Shown here: positions 37,901 through 49,203 of the stretch, one piece after another
Position numbering within the stretch: position 1 is the first letter of the stretch
Layout of the letters: every line of letters begins with the position of its first letter
Source of the DNA: Phoronis australis
Taxonomy: Eukaryota > Animalia > Phoronida
NCBI GenBank assembly: GCA_002633005.1
Contig: NMRA01000089.1
Location: forward strand, 558,001-622,000
DNA: 64,000 nt
Direction of reading: 5' to 3'
Notes under the pieces: generated by a model
Database searches by the model: none
What the model saw: the letters and a program-made list of their open reading frames with translations, nothing else
Told to the model about the DNA's origin: nothing
Made by a program: the position numbers and the translations under genes

Positions 37901-40900
37901 TCCCTTTTTTCACTTCTAGAAAGAAACAGCTCAAATAAGCGTCCAACTCTTCTTTTGTAAGCTCAAGTATGTGTTTTTTTCTCAGCTGGTCTTGTTGCTG
38001 CTAACATGGTGTTGAATGTTTCCACGTCGTATTTTGTTTTTCTCACGGTGTTGAAAGTTTTCTCCGATTCGACAAAGTCCTTAATGTCTCTAGCGTTAAA
38101 CTCTTCACGGTATCTAACATTTTCTCCCAATTGGAGATCGTCGATTTCCAGTTGAAATGTCGGTAGCATGTCGTCTGGAATCCTAGACATTGTTACAGTA
38201 ACCAGGTAACCTATTGTACTTTAGCAGACGATATTTTGACAATAAACGCTTAGCATAAAATGTGTAGTAAGCTAGTCTATTTGTTTAGAGCTTATTTTAT
38301 TGATTCACCTTATTTGTATTTTGTTTAAATTTTTAATTGGCTTTGAGTAAAAACATTGTTTTAACAAGAAATGACTCTGCGTTTCTTAAAAGGTCATGAC
38401 CTCCGACTCCTAGCCCCTGACATGGAAAGTAGTTCCCTAGCCGAGGCGAGTCGAGAAAGGTAGATCGATTCATTGCAATGTTTCTCGTTTAGTATGAGGT
38501 ATAGATTATTACATGATCTCAGTCGTTATCCCCCTTATCTAGAGCCCTCGTGGATTTTGTAGAATAATCACCTCAGGGCTGATGCCCCTCGGGCGATAAT
38601 TCTCCAAAATCTACTCGGGCTCTAGATTACGGGGATAACGACTTCGCCATGTAATAATCAAAATATATTCAAGTTAAAAATCCATATTTTGCAAGTGAAA
38701 ACAGCATCAAAACACTGGACATCACAACAGACACTTTATTTACATGTCAAGTCTCTTACCATGCAACCTCTCAAAGGACAGGACAACCTTGTGCATGAAG
38801 TCTGGTCTCTGTCTTGCAATGTTGCTTATTGCTCCCATACAGGTCATCAGATTAACACTGAAAAACAATGGACCGTGCTTGGGACAAGGAAATACATACT
38901 TTCAATAGCATCACAACCTCAATTTTTGGAAAACAGATTTAAAAAATCAAAAACCGTAATCGGGTTACTCTGCTTGTAAAAGAAGGCAGTGTGGCCAAGT
39001 AGGTTGAATGTCTGTCTCCCGTTCTGAAGGTCTTAGGTTTCAATCCCACTGGACCCAACTATTAGAACCTTGATGTTTGATGCAATGGGCTCAGCTGAGT
39101 GGCCAGCGCACGTCTGCTACTGCGCGTATCAGACCACTTGCGCTATTTTCATAATCTGCTTGTCACAGACTGTGATGGTTTGTATGTAATACTGAAACAA
39201 TGAGCTTACTGCATTACAAAACATAATAATTTGACAGCTAACTTAGGCATAAGGACATTGTGAAAGCAGACTCCCACGATATAATTACTGAAAGTAAGCG
39301 CTATTTACACATTACAGGGAACTGTACATATGTCCAATTTATGGCATATGTTCCAAGTCATACATACTTTACAATCTGGTATAGCAATAAAATGGCAAGA
39401 CCAGACAACTTTACGTGTAAGATCGTATACTGGCCAGCACCACTAACCTAGAGATGTGTAGTGACCCCTGGAACTCCAGCAAGGCTTCCAACAGCTTGTC
39501 TCCTTCTTCTTCCAGCTTCTTTTTCTTGAGGATCACATGACCATCGGGGATCATGTCCAAACTGACATCCCAGTCGAGCTTTTTTGGTATCTCGGACTCC
39601 TGGGGAACAACAATGTAAAGGCTGACACTGGATACTATGAAACCACCGAGGAACATATCAGAACTGATCCCTGTCTAACTTCTCAAGAGGAAGTCACAAT
39701 ACAACCATAAACGAAGGAATTGATTTGGCATTCATACATGTGACAGAGGTATGTATTTTTACTGACAATGTTAAATGTAGAACAATATAAATAGCTTGAC
39801 GTTGAATGCTAATACTAATCATTTCTCATCAAAAGACTACTTTACAGTCCAGTGATCTATATTTTTATCATTAACACAAGCAGCCTGACCCTAATTACAT
39901 TACTTTACTTCTGCGACTTCACAATGCCAAGAACACCCAACTTACCTCAGAGCGTGGTGACAAGCAAATGATAATGGTCTCGATAAACTTGATGGCATGC
40001 GTCCTTATTCTACAAAAAACAACTCTTTTTACATAATCAGTCTTAAGAGCAGTGCGGAGTAATACACATATCACATGCAACGACAAACAAGCATTTGTCA
40101 TGTACAGTATACAACATTACCCTTGCAAGTGGACAAGTCATACAGGCCTTGTTTCAAGTGGTATTCTGTAAGGGACAACACCTTCATATCATCCAGTGAA
40201 AATGAAATTTACAACAAGTTTGATAAACCCTCCCTGTAAAACCTTGATAGAAAATTAACTCTAATCCCAAGACAGATCATTTAACCAAGTAAAGAAGAGA
40301 GTCAGAAGGACATCAACTGTTTCAAGGTTGATCTACCTTTCCAACAAAACTCATGCAATCACTCAGGTCCCTTTGATGGCAGAAATCAGTTGCCATAGTG
40401 ATAAGAAAAGCGTTGAGGAAATTGTATACAAGTTAATTGGCTAATTTCCTATTTCATTTTCATTTGGAAAGATGGAGGAAATAACCACTTAAAGCAGTTA
40501 TAAACCTAGGTTCTGTACAAGAAGCAAACTTTTGGCTTAAACCAAGGTACCACTATAAAATTGGTCTCAATTTGTACCTTACTCAGATAAGAAGTGGTTT
40601 CAGGCTACGCAAAGTACTGACGTTATTTCTTGAAAGCATATATGACAGATAAAATGACATGCTGTGGCAAGCCAACCTGTAGAGCTTGGTTTCAAGCAAT
40701 AACGAAATATTGGTTCTCTCACAACCATAAAATCACTTCCAGTTTAACCACGAGACACTTTGAGACTAATTTCGTAATGGTAAGTGGACCAGATCAAAAG
40801 TTTTGTAATCATGGAACGTGGGTTGATAACCACTTTGCATATTGTTCCTTGGTTCTTTGCACATCACTTGACTACAACACCGACTGAGGTTAACATTCAT

Positions 40901-43900
40901 TGCAGCTCTCAACAGCACTGTTTTACAACTGAAATCATATTAAGCGTAGTTCAATGTGTCTTAGCGTAACTGCCACTTGTGCGACACTAAACAACCTACC
41001 CATCATTATCACAGTCCAAGAATTCAACAATTTTGTCCTTTATCACATCAATGTATTGCCAGACTTGCTCCATCACATCCGTGACAGCCTTAGTCTTGCT
41101 GATAGACTGCAATAGGAGGGAAATGAACCATTTGTAATGTTGTTTCCAGGCTCAAAACAACAGATACCATATTTTCCCTAATAAGTGCCAACAGTACTTA
41201 TAAAAGTTATAAAAAGGGTAGCACACATTCATAGCCAGTGAAGTGTTACCATTGGAGGAACAAGTTAGCTTGCAACGATGTCTTAACCCAAATAAATATT
41301 ACCTGGTACATGTGGTGTGCAGGTTTCAAACAGATCGATACAATGTTTCATATAACTTTGTTAACCCTATGATTGCAGACTGCTAAATAAGTCTAAAAAT
41401 CTACATACATTCCGACACCACAGACCACTAATATTCAACACCACAGACGGCTGAAAGTCAACCCATTGGGATTCTCTGTGATGTCATCAAACCATGTGTA
41501 AAGTTTGGATGCAGTTCTAATAATTTTTAGATTCACTGTCTATAGGCGAAATCATGTAATATTTGCAAGGTATTTTCTTACAACTTTTGGCATCGGCTAG
41601 CAGCGATGGTATAGATTTTCACCGTTGGCAGTTTGGCAATGAAAGGGGTAAACAAAAACATTTGAAACATCTGTTTGTTGGCTAATAGACGTTAATAGAG
41701 CGTAGTCATGTCAAGCGAATCGTCCAAAATTTACTCAGCCCTGCCCAGTGTTGAAGGGTAGTACCTTGAGAGCCACTTTGTACACCTGTGACATGGTGAG
41801 GATGACCTTCTTCTGGACACCCACATTCTCGTCTTCCAGCATCATGTTGAGACTGGCGATCACTTTAGGCAGCATCTCGCTATCTGTCTTGCTGGTGAAG
41901 AGTAAAACACGAGAGAAATGAACAAGGAGACTATTATATTAACCTCTCATTCAAGTCAACAAGCTGAACCACAAGTCAGATATATTATGCTTGTGAAGAA
42001 AAATAGAGACAAAGTTCACAGACATAGTGCAAGATTTACATTAACAATGTGTATTTATAGACCGACGATCACCACTGATGGAAACAGTAAAGCAGAAATG
42101 CAAATATCGTGAGATAATTGGTTGGAAATCAACTAGAATTCTAGATCTCCAGATCAGGAATCACTTGATACGTGACTGCTCAGCTGGTATTAATACTGAG
42201 CAGTGGAGAAATCAAGGACTGTTCAATTCTCCCAACATGAAATGCTAATTGTTCCCATAACTACTGTCATAGTCTATTTTCACTTCTTCGTGAAATACTC
42301 CATGTTATTCATATTTGTTTCAGTTACAGAGAGGAAGAAAAAATTGAGCACACGGCACTAAAATGGGGTCAAATTATACGATTAAGTGCCCTTAACGCAT
42401 CATGTGTTCAATAAAAAATTTGCTAGGAGCCCTAACACAATTCTCATTCTCTGTATTCAAGGACACCCCATTCTAGTGGTGGAACTGCCATTGATACTCA
42501 TTTTGTGTGGCTTCGAGACAGATCAACCGAGACACTCACCAAGCATCCTCTATGAACCCTATGACTACCTTGCGAACGTCGGCAGATTTGTCAGTTTGAA
42601 AGGCCAGCATTTCCTGAAACAGATGGAAAAAATTACACCAATTGTCACTGTAGTGATATGCAAGTCATCCTAGACTGGCAACAATTAGGAGGAATTTTGG
42701 TGCGACTTCAAACAAGAAACTACAAAGTATTCATATTATGCTCAACATTTTGCTACTGCTTTCGAGTACTCACGTCAAAGAAGTTATCCAAGAGGTTTGG
42801 CTCTTTATTAATGATGAGTTCGTTGACTTGTTTTAGATTGTTCACTCTCTGAACATCTCGACCAAGCAGTGCAGCGTGATTTAACAGCTCCACAACCTGA
42901 AATAAGAGAGGTGAGTTCTTAAATTAAGATAAGCTCTCATCATCAAGGATTTGTATAGAACAAGAAAGGATCACCAAATCAAGTAATGACTTTTCATGCA
43001 GGGAAAACCCTTATACGATGACCCAATTTGGACTTCCAACTGGTTAAAGTACACGGGATGAGTTTAGTACAGAAACCGATGGTGAGTATTGTAGACTCTA
43101 GACAGCCAGCCGAGGGGCTACATGTTGCCTAACCAGGCGGATAGCTGTATGAAGACTATCTTCAAAATACAGCTACAAACCACATGTAATAAGCTCCAGT
43201 AGACCTTGAAATTTTACGTTGCCTGGGTACTTCTGCTCATTACTTCGTCATGAAACTTACATCAACAAGTAGAGCTAACAAACAGTGCGGGAGCATGCAA
43301 AATCTCACCTTGCCTATTGCAACCATTTATGTGAAAAACAATTTAAATTTTTAACATAATTCTTCCCTTTTGTAACAAATAAAAGTCTTTCGAAAATAGT
43401 ACGCTCGAGACTCATGATCACGCCATTTCATTTTTTGCAACATCTCTTGGGAGATGATGACAGCCTCGCAACAGCAAAATTTGCTCTGAAATTCGGTTTG
43501 CTAGTATTAAAACGTTAAAAGCTTATAAGGAAATCAAACCAGTTCCGATAATTTGTCTTGACATGTAAGCAACATCGTGGAAGAAGAACAGTTTATTGAA
43601 GAATTGGCAAAACAGAAAATGGCAGCAGGCCAAAAAGTAACACTTTATTTCGTGACACCGAAAGTCGATAAGCATAAGTTGGGTCCACAACTTCAGCAAC
43701 AAAATATTAGAAGAGCGCTTATTTTTCTAACACCAGTACATAATTTAGTTTACTCAAGGAAGAACGTAGTTTTTAATGACAATCACATTGTGGCAGATTT
43801 TATTTGGCCAGTTTTCAACCCACTTCGTGTGGCACTGGTTGCATATAGCGGTCCCTGATATAGAGAACCAGGCAATCACTGAATAACGTGCCCGTTATTT

Positions 43901-45056
43901 CATGGATGAAACTGGTTCTCTAAATCACAGGCGTCCTCAGCTTCTGATCGTCCACAATACACTATATACAATACTACAAGGTATGACACTCCCGATTAGA
44001 AATTCCACAGGTCCTTCACTTCAGCCGCCCATAGCAATGAACGGCAGCTACCGATATGTCACGGAAAGTTACGAAATCGTGACAATCGGCAATTGCTGTT
44101 CATCCGTAACTCATCAGATAATTCCGTATCGTCCTTGACCTTCGATTTGGAAAGGAGTTTCTCCGTACGGGCTTTTAGGGAAGATTTTTGTGCTTTGACC
44201 GCGAATTTCTTGTGAACTGGGTGAAGCAGGATACTGTTGTATTACTGCAGGTTCACTAGTTAGGCCTCTAGAAGTACTCACCAGTTAAAACACAGCTATT
44301 CAAGCTTCAGGTAAAACCCAATCCAGGTGCCCATCCCTGACATCCTGATTGCTTGCTGAAAGACTGCCAGCAGGATTCCCGCCAGCAGTTTAAATAAAAC
44401 AAGCATCCGGGGAACCATAAAACTGACAAATCACAAGACACCACAGAAAGATAAAGGACGAATGATGTTGACGATTACAACAATACCGTAAATGGTATTG
44501 GGAGAAAGAACAATTCCTCATGGTTTGTTGAACCTCTGTTTTGTGAAAATTTAGTGAGTTTTGTGTTTGCTATGGACGGCTGAAGTGAAGCACCCGTGGA
44601 ATTTCTAGTCGGGAGTGTCATACCTTGTAGTATAGTGTATTAGGGACGACCAGAAGCTGAGGACGCCTGTGCTCTAAATCAGGGACTGCTATATCCGACC
44701 AGTGCCGTGTTGCTTATCAATATCAAGACATCAGTATCACTCAGTAATCTTCAGCACTCAGGTCAGTTTCCAAATTCCACCTCACACGTTTCAACTAGTT
44801 CTAAATCTGCTGAGTTAGAACTTTGTTTTAACGCGCAGCTCACTGTCGGTTCACACATATTTTAAGTGAATTTTATTCTTTTTTATCGAATGTTCGGTCG
44901 GCAAGGTTAACAACCCCAATCCATGGCCATGATACTGAGAGAGATGAATTAAAATTGAATCACCTTATCAAAAGTGGATGTTGAATCGCCAATGCCCTCA
45001 TCATCATCGTCATTTTCAAAAAACTGAGCAGCTGTACTTCTCTTGGAATCAGCCAT
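19951..45056 (-). CDS. SYMPK: Symplekin (cleavage/polyadenylation scaffold), 30 coding exons, about 1348 aa
   Basis: Exons in transcription order: 44964-45056, 42774-42896, 42540-42613, 41765-41891, 41000-41106, 39946-40009, 39448-39599, 38760-38857, 36146-36408, 35149-35307, 34392-34568, 33558-33668, 33057-33180, 32504-32587, 32025-32220, 31732-31813, 31146-31259, 30053-30200, 29229-29319, 28478-28547, 27886-27994, 26725-26825, 26279-26366, 25402-25500, 24572-24759, 23999-24175, 23686-23823, 21212-21277, 20554-21063, 19951-20064. All introns are GT-AG with compatible phases, and the total of 4047 nt is divisible by 3. Recognised symplekin motifs: [129 protein letters not shown]. Confidence 0.96.
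21645..23380 (-). CDS. SYMPK: Duplicate set of four symplekin exons (23282-23380, 22472-22659, 21930-22106, 21645-21782), likely the alternative haplotype
   Basis: Near-identical to exons 25402-25500, 24572-24759, 23999-24175 and 23686-23823. Coding differences are mostly synonymous plus EVKD/EIKD. The two copies are separated by the N at 23503. Confidence 0.8.
24776..24845. repeat. 17-bp VNTR in a symplekin polypyrimidine tract
   Basis: gttacagaaaagggaga occurs about 4 times here versus about 2 times at 22676-22710 in the duplicate. Confidence 0.85.
29775..29845 (-). mobile_element. tRNA-derived SINE head fragment
   Basis: The minus strand reads ctgtgaatctaaactacccgGGTTCGAATCCagctg, a pol III B box preceded by an anticodon-arm-like segment. 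The A box is missing. Confidence 0.45.
34661..34738. repeat. Tandem duplication of an AT-rich 37-mer
   Basis: catagtgatttttatttatattaaatatattttaaca occurs twice, 42 bp apart. Confidence 0.85.
35860..36093 (-). mobile_element. Second, diverged copy of the 15897-16130 MITE family
   Basis: Its reverse complement shares gggct.g.aattt.cc..ttttaagagg.ttt, ttccagtttcct, cagttaaattttacaa and ggaaaa.tttcc with the 15.9-kb copy. Confidence 0.65.
36522..38659 (-). mobile_element. Degenerate Crypton-like tyrosine-recombinase (DUF3504-type) element in a symplekin intron
   Basis: Fragmented reading frame 38190->36955: [123 protein letters not shown]. The catalytic R, HxxR and H..Y pattern is present, along with stops and frameshifts. 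TGTAATAA occurs as a direct repeat at 36522 and 38650, and the element boundaries are inferred from it. Confidence 0.85.
38504..38659. repeat. About 156-bp imperfect palindrome (hairpin) at the 5' end of the Crypton-like element
   Basis: Nested complementary arms: gattattacatg/catgtaataatc, agtcgttatcccc/ggggataacgact, tctagagccc/gggctctaga, gattttg.agaat/attct.caaaatc. Confidence 0.9.
38984..39055 (+). mobile_element. Degenerate tRNA-derived SINE head
   Basis: A-box-like TGGCCAAGTAGG and B-box-like GGTTTCAATCCC at tRNA spacing, with no intact cloverleaf. Confidence 0.5.
41361..41651. mobile_element. piggyBac-like MITE relic
   Basis: ttaaccctatgattgcagactgctaa at the left end and ttggcagtttggcaatgaaaggggtaa at the right end form degenerate TIRs with a TTAA-CCC start. 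Confidence 0.5.
43831..44706. mobile_element. Non-autonomous TIR element (about 876 bp) with about 43-bp TIRs and a GTGT target-site duplication, in symplekin intron 1
   Basis: ggcactggttgcatatagcggtccctgatatagagaaccaggc (43831-43873) is the imperfect reverse complement of gcctgtgctctaaatcagggactgctatatccgaccagtgcc (44665-44706). gtgt flanks both sides. Confidence 0.8.
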
Positions 45057-45099
45057 CGCCAGTCTGTTATTGGTATGGAACCCAAAACGCCTAGTTAAA

Positions 45100-45245
45100 A
45101 CAACAAAATCTGGTAGCCTGAAACACAACTAGAACTTATCCAAAACACATTTTTCAAGATGGCAACCTCATAACGTTCAGGGCCACCTTCTGGCTCAGTC
45201 TCAAACTACTGGAAATCATCTGTCACAGCGCCACCTATTTTGTTC
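45100..45245 (-). promoter_or_regulatory. Putative symplekin core promoter with YY1-like and CTCF-like motifs
   Basis: CAAGATGGC at about 45155-45163 and CAGCGCCACCTA at about 45227-45238 lie 100-190 bp upstream of the ATG. This is motif resemblance only. Confidence 0.4.
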
Positions 45246-45639
45246 ACCAGAGACGTTACCGTGGCACTGAAAGAGCATATCTTCTTGCCTGCTACTCATT
45301 TAGCCTTTAATAGAGACCTGGTATTAAGCATTATGATAAGTCAGTATTTCTGCTACTCGATGCATATGTGAAATCCTGCAATAGTTGTTGTAAAGTGGTC
45401 AGCAGAAGGTGACACAACCTTTGAAGTTCTGTAGTGCCTCGTAGTTCTAGTAATAATCTTATAGTTATTTAAATGTTGGTGAGGTATAACAACGAAACAT
45501 TAGCACAAAGGTTATTATCCGACAATTTTCAAAAATCTACAAACTGAAACTACAATAACCTAAAATACAAGCTAAAATACAGTACAGAGAATATACGGAA
45601 CTTAAACACGAATACAATACAAGTAACGGGGGCCTACAC

Positions 45640-45960
45640 ATACCGGGGGTGTGTAGACATCTGTAGCAGTTCTCACAAAAGTAGTTCACAGAGAAAAAAA
45701 TCGTCAGCAAGTGTGGCAAATTCATTCAAGACAGTACGTTGTCTCATTGCCGATGGCAACGAGTTCCGTAGCAAAGTACCTTTATGGGAGACTGAGTTAA
45801 GTTTGGGGCGCATCAGTGTACCTGAAGATGAGCTTAATTTATCCCATTGTAGTTTACATCATAGGAATTCTTACGACATGATCCTAATATGTTTCATTAA
45901 CCCAATGTTATAATGTATGCAATGAAAAAAGTAACTCCCGGAATGTACTAAGAGTTCTTT
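45640..45960 (-). mobile_element. Eroded 3' end of a CR1/L2-like LINE ORF2
   Basis: The minus strand reads ..SSSGTLMRPKLNSVSHKGTLLRNSLPSAMRQRTVLNEF, resembling the G..LWNSLP..ir...sl..F C-terminal motif. Confidence 0.4.
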
Positions 45961-48900
45961 AAATTCCATCCTCCCTAGCTCGTGTAGGGGTCAGTGCAAC
46001 TGATAGGACTAATTACACTGATTCTATGCGGTAAGTCTACATTGTGGATGGTCGATAATTGAACGAAATGATACTTCAGAAAGAGTCATAACCGTTCTTG
46101 TTTTTTTCTTTTACTTTTGATGTTTTTGAATAATATTGTTTCACTTAAGTAGGTCATTGCTTTATAGTTAAAAGCCTGGACATAAAGGTTCGCTTTATGG
46201 GCTAAATATTGTACTTTAATGAATTGTCATTTATTCATGTAGCACTAAAACGTAACCATTACGTAATTTTGGCAAGTGTCGCTTTTTTATGCAAGATATG
46301 CGCAGTTTTCGACCATGCTTATCCGAAGCCCAGCATAGTCTGGGTCACTCCAAATCATTTTCTTCATCTAGCCCTGTATAAATTAAACAAAGAAACGTTC
46401 AAAGCAGACGAGGCTGTATGACTGCAGACCTATGATAATGTTCACAATCTGGCTTCAGTATATGACGCAGCCGCAATGACAAATGAATAACCGCGACTAC
46501 AACGGGTGTTATCAGACTGTATGACAATTTGCTGACAACAAGAAATTATGGGATAGATGTGGAAGCTGCACTATAAGACAAGCTGCTGCTGCCACTTTTC
46601 AAGTGCAAGGCGCGTTCTGGGAGACACTGAGGATAAAAACAAATCGGATAAGTGTATTTTGTGAAATTTGAACTTCAAAAAATCAAATGGATAAAAGTTT
46701 ATTTAAAATGAATTATAAATTATGCAGAGACACCAAAAGGGTAAAATTTCACATTTTGTTCATGATTCGTACGAACGAGAATCAGTGTGAGTACTTTTAC
46801 TCAAAATTCATGATAAACACAACTTGAAATTCTAAATCAGTTGCAAGCAATTTTTTGTCACCAAGAAATTTATAACAGAATGGACTTAAACGACAAGAGC
46901 TCAGCAAAGTCTTGAAAGTTTTCATCATTTCTCAGCGAATCTCCTTTATCCCTAAAGACGACAGTTCCTCAAAGCCAATTCGGTACGGAAACTTGGACGT
47001 CTGTATTTAAGTTATTTTGATATTTATTTTCAAAAGGTTCTATGCAAACAAACCCGTATAGTTGTGGTCTCAATCACAACTGAAAGTATAAACGAAGTTA
47101 TCATGGCAAGGGAATGTTTAATCCAGGACAGGAAATGCACCTTGGAGTAACTTAACCTTAAAGAATGTAATGCACGTGCGTCATTGCAGCAGGATATTTG
47201 TGACATTTTTACGTTGTATTGCGAATATGAAATAGTAGCTTAGGCTCGGCATTCATTTGAAAAACACCACAATAAGCAACAGGTCGACGCAGAAAGCGTG
47301 CTACCACTTTATAGGTTATTCCACTGAGGCCTATTTTAATAAAGTTCAGGAGTTTGGTCTTCGTTACATTAACTATTTGTGAAAAAATAATTAAATGCCA
47401 CTTTTAGCAAATGTACAAAGTCTATGATAAATACTTGTTTCTACCCACTGGGACATTTTTTGTATAAATTATTTCTAGGTTGTGATGTTCTAACAATTAT
47501 TGTGTGTCTAAGCCTTTATTTAGCATTGTTAATATTGTGACCAAATACCCATTTTTAATTCGTGGTACCTAGAGAATTTTGTTATTTCTAATTTTATAAA
47601 CCATTGGGCCCTACATCATTTTTCCAGAGACACAACGAAACACACATTTTTTGCCATATTTCGGACCTGAACTGACGACTGTTTATTGTGCTAGGTCATC
47701 AGTACAACTACATGTAGCATGGGTACCAACCGTTTGGTTTTGTGTTGGAGCACGAGTTGATGCAAAATGTGAATTAGAACGTCATGTTAAATATTCTTTG
47801 CTGGGGTGAATGAGCTTTATGCTGCCTTGGGAACAATAACACGTGACTGAATGACCAAATAATGTTTATTTAGCGTTATTAAACACCCAACTATGAATAC
47901 ATCGACATACAAGAGCGACATCTAGAATCCGACACAAACCACATGGGATCTGTCTATTCTTTTCATTTAAGAAAGAAGCCGAAATTAGTTTTGTCGTTTT
48001 CTACACTACTTTTGTGCAAACTTAAGATAAATATACAGTACAGTGTGTATAACTGTCTAATCCTCCAGGATAAGGATAAAAGCTCGAGTATGAATTCGAA
48101 ACATCGAGCTTGTATTAGACTTTCTAGCTCGAATCTAAGGATTACCATATAAAACTTTAGACTTAGATTACCATGTAAAACTTTAGACTAGAATCTCACT
48201 TGTGCAAACCTTATCGTAGACCAACCAGCACAGGGTACCAGTGCTGCATTTATATTGAGCTCTCCCAAAAAGAGGAAAGGAAAATGCCAATAAAAATAAT
48301 TTCGAGCTCGATTTGGAGCACCCGTCAAAGATTAGACCAGGCCCCTGGTCCACAGAACATTAAATGACGTAAGTGTGTACATAGAGCTATCCGCTAAGTT
48401 AAATGTAATGTGACACAGGGGTACCATTTCGTAACCACATGCGCCCCTCTCCGATTTAGACAATGGGTGAGGGCCGGGGCGAATTGTTGGGAGGATGAGA
48501 AGAGCGGGTAGCTGTAAATCGTGATTTCCAAAAGGTAGCTCGAACAAAGTGCGCCCAGGGTTGATTGTGATGGCCGACGTTCCACACTTTTTATAGCTTC
48601 ATTTGCCACTACAGTGAGACGGAGAGAAAAAATAATATTTAGGCTAAATACAAAAGTAGCGACATCTTTCGTCGACTTTACAAAAAGATATATGCACTTG
48701 TCGAGACTGGTCCCTATAATTCGGAACAATTGACTGTCAATTAAACAATATCCAAAATCCGTAAACTGTTTTTTTTTCTAAATTATTCCATTGTTGATTT
48801 GAATGTTTGCTACGCAGTGGGACTTTTAGTCGCGACTGAACGTAAGTTATCGTAACTTAAATTACTCGTAACTGAACGTAAGCCATCGTGACTCAAATTA

Positions 48901-49037
48901 CACAACGTCTACACACACTGACAAACTAGCAGAAACGACATATAAAACTATAATAATTGACGAAATATACATACACCAACTTTCGCTCGCTGTCTTGACT
49001 TTCGCTAATACACACGTTATAACGACCGGGTCAACCA

Positions 49038-49170
49038 GCCTCTCGTTCAGTAACGCTAGGACCTAGCTAAAACCTAGTCAAAGTCAGGTGTTTAAAATAC
49101 ACGGCAATATCTCACGTAATCTCTCGAAGTCTTTCTTTTTAGCGAGGTCCTAGCGCTACTGAACGGAGGC
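49038..49170. mobile_element. About 133-bp MITE/hairpin just 3' of the LRR gene stop
   Basis: gcctctcgttcagtaacgctaggacctagctaaaa pairs with ttttagcgaggtcctagcgctactgaacggaggc (about 34-bp arms). Confidence 0.85.
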
Positions 49171-49203
49171 ATGATTTATTTTGTGTATTATTTGCCTGTT
49201 CGT

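Noticed and set aside
38984-39055. Functional tRNA genes here, at about 29800 and at about 62830
   Set aside because: A/B boxes are degenerate and the acceptor and anticodon stems do not pair. They are treated as SINE-derived.
43577-43858. 93-aa [17 protein letters not shown].. as a nested gene
   Set aside because: It has a non-ATG start, no recognisable domain, and runs into the TIR of a transposon.
48300-49200. TIR domain downstream of the LRR gene (Toll-like receptor call)
   Set aside because: The ORF stops shortly after the TM helix and I saw no TIR box motifs downstream.
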